The translations under genes were made by a program, and so were the position numbers. Shown here in pieces: positions 1 through 9,313 of a stretch of 64,000 bases of DNA; the first letter of the stretch is position 1, and each line of letters starts with the position of its first letter. This stretch comes from an uncultured Candidatus Saccharibacteria bacterium (GTDB lineage Bacteria > Patescibacteriota > Doudnabacteria > UBA920): positions 79,313 to 143,312 of the forward strand of contig CAZDIP010000003.1 of the NCBI GenBank assembly GCA_964505635.1, given 5' to 3'. Below the pieces are notes generated by a model, which did no database searches, had not been told where the DNA came from, and saw only the letters and a program-made list of their open reading frames with translations.

Positions 1-823
1 CGGCGCTTGAGTCTAAAAACAATACCTTAGTATTTGGCGTAATACCAATGCTTTTCATTGTGTCTAAATATTGGTTTAAAGTTAAAATTGCCATAATCTC
101 CACATTGCCCTGGCCGGTTGCCTGTTTTATTATCTCCACAGACTGCCTAAGCCCGGCGGCAATCGCTTCGCGCTCTAAGGCTATACCTTCACCTTGCAGG
201 CGCTTTCGTTCTTTTTCCGCTTCCGCTTCTTTTACCGCCTGGATTTTTACCGCATCGCCTTTATATTCCGCAGCCTTTTTTAACTGTTCGCTCGCCACCA
301 CCTCGCTCATAGCCTGGGTAATAGTTGCTGGAAAAGAAACTTCAGTAATTTGAAACGAGCTAATTACCATACCCCACTCACTAAACTGCCTTTCTAAATC
401 GTTGCGGATATGAGAGGCTAATTCTTCTTTTTTCTCCAAAATTCCTTCGTGGGTTTCTTTGGCTATATAGGTTCTTAAAGAATTTTCTATAATTGCGCCG
501 ATGGACTGATTGCGAGACACTAAAGAGTACGTATATTTTTTTACACCCTCAACTGTTGGTTCAGCGGCGTAAATTAAGTTTGTGGAAATATCTACAATAA
601 CTTTGTCTTTGGAAGGATAGGTGTTTTTTATGGCGAAATTTTGCTGCCTTAAAGTCACTTTTTCCGCTACACGTTCTAAAAACGGGACTTTAAAATTCAA
701 GCCCGCGGTCATAATGCGGTTAAAACGTCCAAGCATTTCAATTACATAAACCGTGTTCTGCTGGACAATGCGTATGCTGGACAAAACCAGTAAAACAATA
801 ATAATCCAAAATATATACCACAT
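1..823 (-). CDS. SPFH/band-7 (stomatin/HflC-like) membrane protein; the ORF runs off the left edge of the window
   Basis: Minus-strand translation from the ATG at 821-823 gives MWYIFWIIIVLLVL (TM) followed by an SPFH-like core (NTVYVIEMLGRFNRIMTAGLNFKVPFLERV...). No stop before position 1. Confidence 0.7.
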   Translation of the reverse strand, partial: MWYIFWIIIVLLVLSSIRIVQQNTVYVIEMLGRFNRIMTAGLNFKVPFLERVAEKVTLRQQNFAIKNTYPSKDKVIVDISTNLIYAAEPTVEGVKKYTYSLVSRNQSIGAIIENSLRTYIAKETHEGILEKKEELASHIRNDLERQFSEWGMVISSFQITEVSFPATITQAMSEVVASEQLKKAAEYKGDAVKIQAVKEAEAEKERKRLQGEGIALEREAIAAGLRQSVEIIKQATGQGNVEIMAILTLNQYLDTMKSIGITPNTKVLFLDSSA

Positions 824-839
824 AATTTTTATTCTTTTA

Positions 840-957
840 CCATACCGAGTGCGGCCGAGGTATCCCTTTTGATTCAGCTTAAAACCTAAAAAGAGATTCT
901 TCCACCGTCATCCGCCCAAGGCGGACTATGGCGGACAGGTCGCTAGGCTCTGAATGG
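840..957 (-). repeat. R1 leader repeat, copy A (118 nt). Starts 17 nt upstream of the SPFH start codon.
   Basis: CCATACCGAGTGC...GGTATCCCTT...AGAGATTCTTC...GCTCTGAATGG. The terminal inverted repeats and internal hairpin core are shared with copies at 19117, 19514 and 56051. Confidence 0.6.
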
Positions 958-984
958 ATTAATATTCGCGCCCCAATTATATTC

Positions 985-2178
985 CTATTTTCTGGCTTTA
1001 GCAAGTTTCTTAATCGCGCTTACTTTATCCGTTTTCTCCCATGGAAACTTAACATCTGTCCTGCCAAAATGGCCATAGGCCGCGGTTTGTTCATAAATGG
1101 GTTTTTCCAGCTGCAGCTGCTTTATAATATCGGCCGGTTTTACCGGGAAAATTTGTTCGCAAATTGTCTGGAGCCTATCGTCCGCAATTTTACCGGTTCC
1201 ATAAGTTTCTATAAAAATAGAAACCGGCTTGGCCACGCCAATAGCATAAGCTAATTGAACCAAAGCTTTTTTAGCAAAGCCGCTGGCAACTATGTTTTTA
1301 GCAATATACCTAGCCGCGTAAGCTGCGCTTCTGTCCACCTTAGTTACGCACTTGCCCGAAAAAGCCCCGCCGCCGTGCGGCGCATAGCCGCCGTAAGTAT
1401 CTACAATTATTTTTCTGCCCGTAAGCCCCGCGTCCGCCGGCGGCCCGCCAATAATAAACCTACCCGTGGAATTTATAAAAATTTGTGTTTTCTTACTTAG
1501 CCATTTACCCAAAACCGGAGTTATGACATATTTTGTAATATCGCTTCTTAATTTCTCAGTGGTTACATTTTCGCTATGATGCGCCGCAATAACTACCGTG
1601 CCTACGCTTTTGGGTTTGCCATTTACATATTCTACTGAAACCTGGCTCTTGCCGTCCGGCCTAAGATAAGATAATTTTCCATTTTTTCTGACCTCGGACA
1701 ATTTTTTGGTTAATTTATGCGCAAGAGAAATAGGCAAAGGCATTAATTCCTTAGTTTCGTCGCACGCAAAACCAAACATCAGCCCCTGATCGCCCGCCCC
1801 CTGCTCTTTAAATTCCCCCTTGCCTTCGTCCACGCCCTGGGCTATGTCCGGCGACTGCTCGTGAAGCGTAGAAATAACCCCTACATCGCTATAAAAAAAA
1901 CCGTACTCCGGTTTATCGTACCCAATTTTTTTAAGCGTTCTTCTGACTACATCTTGAATATCCACATAAGCTTTAGTCCTGGCCTCGCCGCCAACTACGA
2001 CTAATCCTGTGGTTGCAAAGCACTCTATGCCGGCGTGAGCTTTTTTATCCTGCTTAAGCATTTCGTCGTAAATCGCGTCCGAAATCTGGTCGCAAATTTT
2101 GTCCGGATGCCCTTCGGTTACCGATTCAGAAGTAAATATTGTTCTGTGAGATAATGGTTTTTTGAGCTTCTGGCTCAT
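985..2178 (-). CDS. metK: S-adenosylmethionine synthetase
   Basis: 397 aa. MetK motifs [19 protein letters not shown] and DTYGG are present. Confidence 0.95.
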   Translation of the reverse strand: MSQKLKKPLSHRTIFTSESVTEGHPDKICDQISDAIYDEMLKQDKKAHAGIECFATTGLVVVGGEARTKAYVDIQDVVRRTLKKIGYDKPEYGFFYSDVGVISTLHEQSPDIAQGVDEGKGEFKEQGAGDQGLMFGFACDETKELMPLPISLAHKLTKKLSEVRKNGKLSYLRPDGKSQVSVEYVNGKPKSVGTVVIAAHHSENVTTEKLRSDITKYVITPVLGKWLSKKTQIFINSTGRFIIGGPPADAGLTGRKIIVDTYGGYAPHGGGAFSGKCVTKVDRSAAYAARYIAKNIVASGFAKKALVQLAYAIGVAKPVSIFIETYGTGKIADDRLQTICEQIFPVKPADIIKQLQLEKPIYEQTAAYGHFGRTDVKFPWEKTDKVSAIKKLAKARK

Positions 2179-2189
2179 AAAAAAAATTC

Positions 2190-2285
2190 CTTTCTTATCT
2201 CCGCCAACTGGCAGATTGGCACCTTTCGGAAGGTTATTTACCGAAGGTTGCCGTCCCAGGTTAATTAGGGACTCTTGATAAGTAA
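2190..2285 (-). promoter_or_regulatory. SAM-I (S-box) riboswitch in the metK leader
   Basis: Minus-strand read: ACTTATCAAGAG...GGGAC GGCAACC...GGTGCCAA...GGAGATAAGAAAGGAAUUUUUUUAUG. The conserved AUCAAGAG, GGCAACC and GGUGCCAA boxes are present and CUUAUC/GAUAAG form the closing helix (P1). It ends about 12 nt before the metK ATG. Confidence 0.75.
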
Positions 2286-2325
2286 CTTATTATTTTCTGT
2301 ATGTTAATTAACTTTTTTTTGTTTG

Positions 2326-2856
2326 TCAACCAAAACCCGCTAAATGCGTGCCCAAAGGCTTATTTTTAATGCCTGTGCCGGTTGGATCTACGTCTATCCA
2401 TTTATCGCCTACCCGTACCTTCATATATTGGTGAATTATCATATTGGCAAAAGTATGCTTAAGCTTAACATCGCTTGCTTTAAAAAATTTGCTGTTAGCC
2501 AGAAGGGTGTAGAATAAAAAATTCATAGAGGTGCAATAAATAAACTCGTTAGTATTCCAAAGTTGCAAAATGTCTGTAATAAATGCCCGATACGGCCTTA
2601 AAGCCGCGTAAAGCCTTGTATGTTTCCACTGCCTTTGGTTTTTCTCCATTATTAAAGCATACGCCGCCTGCAAATACGACATTTGGTCATACGATTTATT
2701 TTCAAGTTCATAAATCGCTTTTTGTATTTCTGGCGGCACATTTGTGGGCGGGCTATATTGCCTAAAGCCCATAAACGGGATTATAAGCCTAAAGCCTACA
2801 AAAACCAATAAAAAATAACCGCAAATCACAATGGCGATTAATAAAAATAAATTCAT
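2326..2856 (-). CDS. hypothetical membrane protein
   Basis: 176-aa ORF with an N-terminal TM helix. No recognisable family. Confidence 0.5.
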   Translation of the reverse strand: MNLFLLIAIVICGYFLLVFVGFRLIIPFMGFRQYSPPTNVPPEIQKAIYELENKSYDQMSYLQAAYALIMEKNQRQWKHTRLYAALRPYRAFITDILQLWNTNEFIYCTSMNFLFYTLLANSKFFKASDVKLKHTFANMIIHQYMKVRVGDKWIDVDPTGTGIKNKPLGTHLAGFG

Positions 2857-2999
2857 ATTTTTTGTTTAATAAAATTCAACGCTGGGCTCTACGTAATTAT
2901 TTTTGAAGTAGGATAGTGGATGATGTTAGAACCAATTGACAAACCACGAGTGACCACTTCTTTATACCGACACTAACAATGGAATCAGCAAGAAATCCA

Positions 3000-3353
3000 T
3001 TACTGCTTAGAACTTAGGGCAATACAGTTTCCCTCTGAGTCTTCAAATTCTGCAACGAATCCAAATTCTCCAGTTGAAGTCTTTGGGAAAAGCTCTTTGC
3101 CTCCTTTTTCTAAAACATTTTTCATAGTCTCATCGATACTCTTAACATTAAAATATATTCTTGCTCCATCTTTTGATGGCTTATAACTTTCTCCTTTTGC
3201 AAGCGCTCCTACATAACCTGGAAAGAAAGCGAACTCATTCCCATGAATATTCTTAATTTCAAAATCAACACCAAAAACAAAACCATAAAAATCCATTGCT
3301 CTTTTTAAATCGGCTACAGAAATTTCAAAGTAAGATGCAGTTATTTTTGACAT
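3000..3353 (-). CDS. VOC/glyoxalase-bleomycin resistance family protein
   Basis: The ORF is trimmed to the M at 3353 (MSKITASYFEISVADLKRAMDFY...) because the longer ORF overlaps tRNA-Gly. The fold resembles a glyoxalase-like beta-alpha-beta-beta-beta module. Confidence 0.65.
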   Translation of the reverse strand: MSKITASYFEISVADLKRAMDFYGFVFGVDFEIKNIHGNEFAFFPGYVGALAKGESYKPSKDGARIYFNVKSIDETMKNVLEKGGKELFPKTSTGEFGFVAEFEDSEGNCIALSSKQ

Positions 3354-3377
3354 ATAATTTTTCGCTCCTAAATTTAG

Positions 3378-3452
3378 TGGAGCGGGTAGCGGGAGTCGAA
3401 CCCGCATCATCAGTTTGGAAAACTGAGATAATAACCGCTATACGATACCCGC
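3378..3452 (-). tRNA. tRNA-Gly (anticodon UCC)
   Basis: Reverse complement: GCGGGTA acceptor stem, D-arm, anticodon stem TCAGT/ACTGA with loop TTTCCAA, T-arm GGTTCGACTCC, and 3' CCA. Confidence 0.85.
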
Positions 3453-3542
3453 CTGCTTAAAAGCTTCGGCGGGCAAGCCCGCTTAATGCAATAAGTCAAT
3501 TCTTGATGATTATAGCTTTTTCTGACTTTTTTTTCAACCTAA

Positions 3543-3570
3543 AATCCCTCCGCCAGTTGGCGGAGGGATT
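3543..3570. terminator. hairpin terminator downstream of HU
   Basis: AATCCCTCCGCC-AGTT-GGCGGAGGGATT, flanked by an A-run and TATTTTTT. Confidence 0.5.
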
Positions 3571-3576
3571 TATTTT

Positions 3577-3894
3577 TTACATCGCAGGCTCGCTTGCAGG
3601 AGCTGGACCATTACTTCTTAGCTTAACCGCTTCCTTAAAGGCTTCGCCGGCTTTAAACTTTGGGGTGTTTAATTCCGGGATGGTAATTTTTTGCGAAGGA
3701 TTTCTCGGGTTAACGCCGATTCTCGGCGCTCTGTGCGAAACGCTAAACTGCCCGAATCCGCTAATATTAACCTTATCTCCGGCGCGCAGCTGTTCGTAAA
3801 TCATCTGAATTAAAGTATTTAAAAACCGTTCGGCATCGCTATGGGTTATGCCCAATTTAGCAGCCAATAATTCTGTAAGTTGTAATTTATTCAT
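3577..3894 (-). CDS. hup: DNA-binding protein HU with a C-terminal extension
   Basis: MNKLQLTELLAAKLGITHSDAERFLN...GFGQFSV...R.GVNPRN. This is the HU/IHF fold signature. Confidence 0.9.
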   Translation of the reverse strand: MNKLQLTELLAAKLGITHSDAERFLNTLIQMIYEQLRAGDKVNISGFGQFSVSHRAPRIGVNPRNPSQKITIPELNTPKFKAGEAFKEAVKLRSNGPAPASEPAM

Positions 3895-3991
3895 ATATTG
3901 CTCCTTTTGCGATTAATACTAATTCGTAAAAGTATACATACAGTATAGCTTATTTTACCCAAAAATACCAGAAACTAAAAAAACCTAAATT

Positions 3992-4414
3992 TTAGGTTTC
4001 TATAGAAAAATTTTCTTTATATAAAGTGCCCAAAACGCCGTTTACAAACTTTCCGCTTGCATCTCCGCCAAAACTCTTAGCGAGCTCGACTGCTTCGTTA
4101 ATGGCGACTTTTGGCGGAACTTGTTTTAAAAACATTAGCTCATAAATCCCAAGCCGCAACACGTTTCTGTCTACTAAGGTAACTTGTTCCAAAGGCCATT
4201 CCGGAGCGTTCTTTCGTATAATCCCGTCTAGTTCCAAAATTCGGCCGGCTACGCCTTCCGCCAATTCGTAAACAAAACCGTCGTCGTCCAAAGGTTTTTG
4301 CTGCTGGGCTAAATTATTTCTTATGATTGCCTTTAAATCTTCCGGCTTGCTTTTAAAATCCCATTCAAACAAGGATTGCATGGCAATTTGTCTGGCAAGA
4401 TGGCGATTGGACAT
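3992..4414 (-). CDS. nusB: transcription antitermination factor NusB
   Basis: 140 aa. [14 protein letters not shown]...[27 protein letters not shown] is a NusB signature. Confidence 0.9.
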   Translation of the reverse strand: MSNRHLARQIAMQSLFEWDFKSKPEDLKAIIRNNLAQQQKPLDDDGFVYELAEGVAGRILELDGIIRKNAPEWPLEQVTLVDRNVLRLGIYELMFLKQVPPKVAINEAVELAKSFGGDASGKFVNGVLGTLYKENFSIET

Positions 4415-4497
4415 AGTTTATTAACTAATAACGATTAACTGATAACCTATAACTTACAAACTGTTACTAGTTATAAATTATCAGTTATAAGTTTGAC

Positions 4498-4665
4498 TTA
4501 AACTACTTTTCTGCCTTTATAATACCCGCAATTTTTGCAGGGCAAGTGCGGCATAGTAGCTGAGCCGCAGTTTTTGCAAGAGGCAAAAGAAGTCTTTTTT
4601 AAAGCGTGATGGCTTCTGCGCTGGTTGCGGCCGCTTCTGGTTTTATGTTTTTTAGGTACGCCCAT
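4498..4665 (-). CDS. rpmF: 50S ribosomal protein L32
   Basis: 55-aa ORF absent from the supplied track (below 60 aa). MGVPKKHKTRSGRNQRRSHHALKKTSFASCKNCGSATMPHLPCKNCGYYKGRKVV is an L32 zinc ribbon. Confidence 0.85.
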   Translation of the reverse strand: MGVPKKHKTRSGRNQRRSHHALKKTSFASCKNCGSATMPHLPCKNCGYYKGRKVV

Positions 4666-5082
4666 AAAATGGTAATTAGTTAATTAGTAATTAGTGAATA
4701 GTAAGACAAAGTAAACAAATTATACCTTTTTCCAACCCTTTCGTCAATTGTAAATTAGACAGAGATGACAATTTTGCCATTTAAGTAAATTTATTTTAAG
4801 CCGGAATTACTTAATAAAATCCGCCGATGATACAGGAAACTGGTTTAAAACATAATCTTAAATCAGCTATCATCAGCGGGTTTTAAAAAACATACTCACA
4901 CCACAATTTACCAAGTATTGATAGACTTTGGTGTGAGGGGCGTTGATTGATCGAACTTCGATCATCCTTTCCGCCCACGCCGCTTGTTTCGCCAGTCCCA
5001 AAGCAGAATAGCTATGCACGGTGCCAAAAAAACCACAAACACCGCAATAACCATGGACTTAAGCGCTTGGCCTATGCCCATT

Positions 5083-5265
5083 CTAGCCCCAAATCTCAGG
5101 CACGATGGCGAAACACCAAAATGCCAGAAAAAAAGAACCAACCACAGCGCACGTAAAAATAGTTACTATGTACGCAATGGTTCTTTCCGCGGGATCCTCA
5201 ACCAAACGGTTGAGTTGACGAAAACGAAATTTGATGGGTGAATTTTTCGGCAGAATCACCCTCAT
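5083..5265 (-). CDS. small membrane protein (60 aa) in a high-GC patch
   Basis: A GGAGG SD sits 5 nt before the ATG. MRVILPKNSPIKFRFRQLNRLVEDPAERTIAYIVTIFTCAVVGSFFLAFWCFAIVPEIWG. Its ATG overlaps the stop of the upstream peptide (ATGA). Confidence 0.45.
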   Translation of the reverse strand: MRVILPKNSPIKFRFRQLNRLVEDPAERTIAYIVTIFTCAVVGSFFLAFWCFAIVPEIWG

Positions 5266-5375
5266 TTCTGCCTCCGAATCCACCAGCCGTAGTGAAGGTT
5301 TCCGGCCAGAACTCCAGCCTTGACCACCACCGCTACGGCCGCCGTAAAAAACACAACGGCCAAAAAAAACTTCAT
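5265..5375 (-). CDS. small hydrophobic peptide (37 aa)
   Basis: AGGAGGA SD followed by ATG. MKFFLAVVFFTAAVAVVVKAGVLAGNLHYGWWIRRQK. The stop overlaps the next start codon. Confidence 0.4.
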
Positions 5376-5462
5376 GGAAATCCTCCTTCTCTCTCCCCGC
5401 TTTGTGCGGGTTGGTTATGGGGCGGCTGTCCTTCTCGACCACCCGCCCCGGAAAAACTGTGG

Positions 5463-5675
5463 TTACCGGATCCCTAAGATCCGGTCTACCAGCCGCTCAA
5501 GCAGCGGCCAGTTACTGCCTGCCTGCCAAAACATGACAAGCAGGACAACGAGTAACGGGGACCACAGAAAGAACACTTTCACCCGGTAGGTGAAAAGGCG
5601 CTTCTTCGCCTTTCCTTCCAGGTGAATTTCGTCCTCATATCTGTCCCCGTACCCCCAGTGAAGTCTAACTCTCAT
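5463..5675 (-). CDS. small membrane protein (70 aa), paralog-like to the 5083 gene
   Basis: GAGGAG SD. MRVRLHWGYGDRYEDEIHLEGKAKKRLFTYRVKVFFLWSPLLVVLLVMFW... It has the same MRV-x-L start and C-terminal TM as the 60-aa protein at 5083. Confidence 0.45.
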   Translation of the reverse strand: MRVRLHWGYGDRYEDEIHLEGKAKKRLFTYRVKVFFLWSPLLVVLLVMFWQAGSNWPLLERLVDRILGIR

Positions 5676-6563
5676 GACAACTCCTCTCTCTTCGGGGGTG
5701 GTTGCTTGGCAGGCGCTTGATGCTTTGTGCGCCTAAAAAGTGCCAAACAGACACGCACAGGCTTTGGAGTAAAAGCCTGCGCTAAAGAGGCCGCTTTTTG
5801 TTGTTCTTATTTGCGGCAAAAATTTTCCATATTTTTATGGCCGGCTTTTTGCCAAAAACAAGTTTATTAAATTTTATCCTATTTTTTAACAAAAAAGTAG
5901 GCGCGGTTAGGTTATAAGCCGCCGCGCCCAAGGAGCAGGAAGTCGTCAGATTGCTTCCACAACCGTAGGTCTAGGACAAAGGGCCATGGGTACATCGGTA
6001 CCCTAAAATAAATTACCCTCCTAGCCCCACGATAGTGAAAATAATCTATAAAAATTGCTATAACCTGGGTTGTTAATTTCTGTAGTCTTCAGCAGTGTAT
6101 TTATCTCTGTAGTTCTGCAGGCAAACAAAAACCGTATACCCAAATTACAGGAGAACCCAAGTTAAGATGTTCTAGTAATTGTCTGTACACGGCTTTCGTC
6201 TGCCCCCAATCCGAATTACCGAAATCAGGAGCATGCGTTTTCGCAAATATTTGTCTGTGTCGCGCCGTATAATCCGGCTGCTAAAAGAAGAATGCTAATT
6301 ATATTTGCTTTTCCCCAAACCAACTCTCACCAACCAGGAAACTTGTTCGAACGAAAATCTATTTTAGTGTCTTTCTGAATTTTGTCTAAAAGTGATGAAA
6401 GTTAGTTTGGGGAAATTATTTGCCATTAGGTTTCCTGTTAACGCTAACCGCTATTTCGTTTTAAAAGGCCACCTTTTTCAAGGTGACCTAATATTATATA
6501 CTATTTTGACTATTTTGTCAATACCAAATTGTAAAAAACTAAATTTTAAGCTTAAATAAGCTA

Positions 6564-7361
6564 TTATTTATCCATCATTTCTTTTTGACTTACATATAAG
6601 CTATAAAAATCTTTATAAAAATCCAGTAAAAGGCTGTAAATTATATCTTTTTTTACCTGATCTTCCATTTCCCTTTTTTCAAACCCCATAATCCTGGTTA
6701 GTTGCCTCTTTACCCATTTTGAATCTTGCTGAAGAGCTGTTTTAACATCCTCCATAAAACTACCCCTAAGGCGTTTCTTCCCTTTCCTAAACTGATATTT
6801 TTCCAATAATGAAAATAATTCCTGGCTTTCCGGGGACAGAGGAATTTTTCTTTGTTCTTTAAAGTTTATGAGAGCTTCTCTATACTTTAAATAACGTGCC
6901 GCCGTGTGCGATTTATTTATTTCCTTTCGGACATATTTAATATACCTTCTTAATTCCTCGCTTAAACCTTGGGTCAGTCCCCCTGCATGCAATTTTAAAA
7001 AAAATCCTAATAAAACATCTTTCTGGGCTGTAAAATTTTCCTTTAAATAATTAAGCAAATTTGGAGTAAAATTTGCCTGTATATCTTTAGAGGGAGTAAG
7101 TGTGCCCAATTTTTCCAAAACGGTTTTTTGAATATAAAGGTCAAGCTGCCTTTTAATTAACAAAAAATCCTCTTGTTGTGGGTTAAACCTTGTTAATTGA
7201 CTGGTTAATTGCCTGGTTTCCTGTGGCTCCATATTTAAACCATATTGAATGAGCCATTGTTTTTCAGCTTCTGAGAGAGGCAAGCTATTTATTGTGCTGA
7301 CTATTTCAGTCTGCTCTGGCCTATAATCTGGTTGGTTTGGAAAGTTAGGATTTTCTGACAT
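6564..7361 (-). CDS. hypothetical protein (266 aa; Lys/Glu-rich)
   Basis: The long ORF is trimmed to MSENPNFPNQ. Upstream codons overlap groEL in another frame and cross a terminator. Confidence 0.6.
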   Translation of the reverse strand: MSENPNFPNQPDYRPEQTEIVSTINSLPLSEAEKQWLIQYGLNMEPQETRQLTSQLTRFNPQQEDFLLIKRQLDLYIQKTVLEKLGTLTPSKDIQANFTPNLLNYLKENFTAQKDVLLGFFLKLHAGGLTQGLSEELRRYIKYVRKEINKSHTAARYLKYREALINFKEQRKIPLSPESQELFSLLEKYQFRKGKKRLRGSFMEDVKTALQQDSKWVKRQLTRIMGFEKREMEDQVKKDIIYSLLLDFYKDFYSLYVSQKEMMDK

Positions 7362-7377
7362 ATTACCACCAGCATAC

Positions 7378-7410
7378 CAAAACCCCGCGCTTTGTAAAGC
7401 GCGGGGTTTT
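7378..7410. terminator. bidirectional intrinsic terminator after groEL
   Basis: AAAACCCCGCGCTTT-GTAA-AGCGCGGGGTTTT. A perfect 11-bp stem flanked by A and T runs. Confidence 0.75.
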
Positions 7411-7483
7411 AAAAATTGCTTCAAAATTAAATCATAAGTATTGAAAAGATAAACCGACAAGGTTTCTCTTTTCAAAGTTTTTA

Positions 7484-9160
7484 TTAGTAATCCATCCCCA
7501 TACCGCCCATTCCGCCCGGCATACCTCCGCCCATGGGGGCAGATGCTTTGGGTTCCGGCTTGTCTACGACTATGGCTTCGGTGGTTACCAAAGTGGAGGC
7601 AATGGAAGCGGCATGCTGCAAAGCCAGCCTCGCGACCTTCAAAGGGTCCACAATTCCGGCCTTCATCATGTCTTCCACTAATCCGGCTTCCCACTTGCCT
7701 TCGCCGTACTTGGTAAAATCATATCCAACATGCGAGGATTTGGAGGACTGAATATAAGAAATAATTCCGGTTGGCTCAATGCCGCTATTGGAGGCTATTT
7801 GCCTTAAAGGAGCTTCCAAAGAATCCTTAACTACTTTAACTCCGGCGCGTTCAGCGTAAGTCATTTCCTTGCCCAAGTCTTCCAGTTTCGGGGCAATTTT
7901 AGCCAAAGCCGCGCCTCCGCCGGCCACAATTCCCTCTTCAACAGCCGCGCGGGTAGCGTTTAGCGCGTCCTCTATCTTAAACTTCTTGGCTTTCATTTCG
8001 GTTTCGGTAAACGCGCCCACTTTTATAACGCCCACGCCGCCGGAAAGGCGCGCCATTCTCTCATGCAATTTTTCCTTGTCGTAATCTGAAGTTGATGCTT
8101 TATATTCGGCTTTAATTTGGTTCACGCGGGCTTCAATCGCGGATTTTTCTCCCTGACCGTCAACTACAGTAGTATATTCTTTAGTGGCTATGACTTTACG
8201 GGCACGGCCAAGCTGCTCTAAAGTAGCAGAGTCTAATTTTAAACCCATTTCGTCGGAAATAACCTGGCCTCCGGTTAAAACGGCAATATCCTGAAGCATT
8301 TCTTTTCTTCTGTCGCCAAAACCAGGCGCCTTGACTGCCAAAACATTAAAAGTACCTTTTAATTTATTTATAACAAAAGTTGTTAAAGCTTCGCCTTCCA
8401 CTTCGTCGGCAATAATTACCAAATCTTTTTTGCCGCTCTGCGCCACTTTTTCCAAAAGCGGTAAAATTTCCTGGACAGAAGAAACTTTTTTGTCAGTAAT
8501 TAAAATATATGGATCCTGCCAAACCGCTTCCATTCTTTGCGTGTCGGTAACCATGTACGGATTTACAAAACCTTTATCAAAGCGCATGCCTTTTACCACT
8601 TCTTTTTGTAAGCCCGTAGTCTGGCCTTCTTCCACGGTAATAACCCCCTCGTGCCCGACTTCTTCCATAGCTTCGGAAATCAATTTCCCCACTTCCGCGT
8701 CCAAACTCGCTATTGTGGCCACCTGCTGGATTTCTTCTTTGGTTTTAACTTCCTTTTTGACTTTCTTTAATTCTTCCACCACAAACTCAACAGCTTTGTC
8801 CATGCCCCGCTTAATGTCGCCTGAATGGCTGGAGGCTAATGCCGCGGCTTCAAAAGCTTTTTCTATCATTTTTTGGGCTAAAACCGTGGCTGTGGTCGTT
8901 CCATCACCCGCCTCTTCATTGGTTTTGTTGGCAACTTCCTGAATTAAAGAAGCGCCGATGTTTTCAAATTTGTCTTCCAACTCAATTTCCTTAGCTACTG
9001 TAACCCCGTCGTCTGAAATAGTGGGACTGCCAAAACCCTTATCCAAAATAACGGCTTTGCCGGTCGGCCCCAAAGTTACTTTTACTGCGTTGGCGGCAAT
9101 ATCCACGCCATTTTTTATAGCCTGCTTGGCTGCAAAGCCAGACTTGATAATTTTTGACAT
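7484..9160 (-). CDS. groL: chaperonin GroEL (Cpn60)
   Basis: 558 aa. [26 protein letters not shown] and a C-terminal GGM repeat. Confidence 0.97.
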   Translation of the reverse strand: MSKIIKSGFAAKQAIKNGVDIAANAVKVTLGPTGKAVILDKGFGSPTISDDGVTVAKEIELEDKFENIGASLIQEVANKTNEEAGDGTTTATVLAQKMIEKAFEAAALASSHSGDIKRGMDKAVEFVVEELKKVKKEVKTKEEIQQVATIASLDAEVGKLISEAMEEVGHEGVITVEEGQTTGLQKEVVKGMRFDKGFVNPYMVTDTQRMEAVWQDPYILITDKKVSSVQEILPLLEKVAQSGKKDLVIIADEVEGEALTTFVINKLKGTFNVLAVKAPGFGDRRKEMLQDIAVLTGGQVISDEMGLKLDSATLEQLGRARKVIATKEYTTVVDGQGEKSAIEARVNQIKAEYKASTSDYDKEKLHERMARLSGGVGVIKVGAFTETEMKAKKFKIEDALNATRAAVEEGIVAGGGAALAKIAPKLEDLGKEMTYAERAGVKVVKDSLEAPLRQIASNSGIEPTGIISYIQSSKSSHVGYDFTKYGEGKWEAGLVEDMMKAGIVDPLKVARLALQHAASIASTLVTTEAIVVDKPEPKASAPMGGGMPGGMGGMGMDY

Positions 9161-9313
9161 AGTGATTCCTTAATAGAAATTCGAAGCACTAAGCACGAAA
9201 TCCGAAACAAATTCAAATATTTAAATTATAAACAAAAATTCCAGTTTAAGATTTAATATTTTAGATTTTGACATTGTTTCGAATTTCGGATTTCGAATTT
9301 CGGATTTAATGTT
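9161..9313. repeat. groES-groEL spacer with inverted and tandem repeats
   Basis: CGAAATCCGAAAC (9196-9208) is inverted relative to GTTTCGAATTTCGGATTTCGAATTTCGGATTT (9275-9306). There are two tandem GAATTTCGGATTT units. Confidence 0.5.

Noticed and set aside
928-1500. Plus-strand ORFs at 928-1254 and 1255-1500
   Set aside because: Antisense to metK. No motifs.
3354-3410. 5' extension of the VOC-family ORF
   Set aside because: It overlaps tRNA-Gly (3378-3452). The internal Met at 3353 was used as the start.
5700-6560. Looked for tmRNA, RNase P RNA or SRP RNA in the unassigned non-coding stretch
   Set aside because: No tRNA-like T-arm and no GGAAAGTCCGGGC or GGAAGGAAGCAGC cores found. The region is left as unassigned possible ncRNA.
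7362-7694. N-terminal 111 codons of the 376-aa ORF at 6564-7694
   Set aside because: This part overlaps the groEL C-terminus out of frame and spans the groEL terminator. The gene was trimmed to the ATG at 7361.
8331-8942. 203-aa plus-strand ORF, together with the ORFs at 7533, 7869 and 8958
   Set aside because: Shadow ORFs antisense to groEL.
9161-9313. Tandem or inverted short repeats considered as a CRISPR array
   Set aside because: Only two irregular 13-nt units and no spacers. No CRISPR arrays anywhere in the window.
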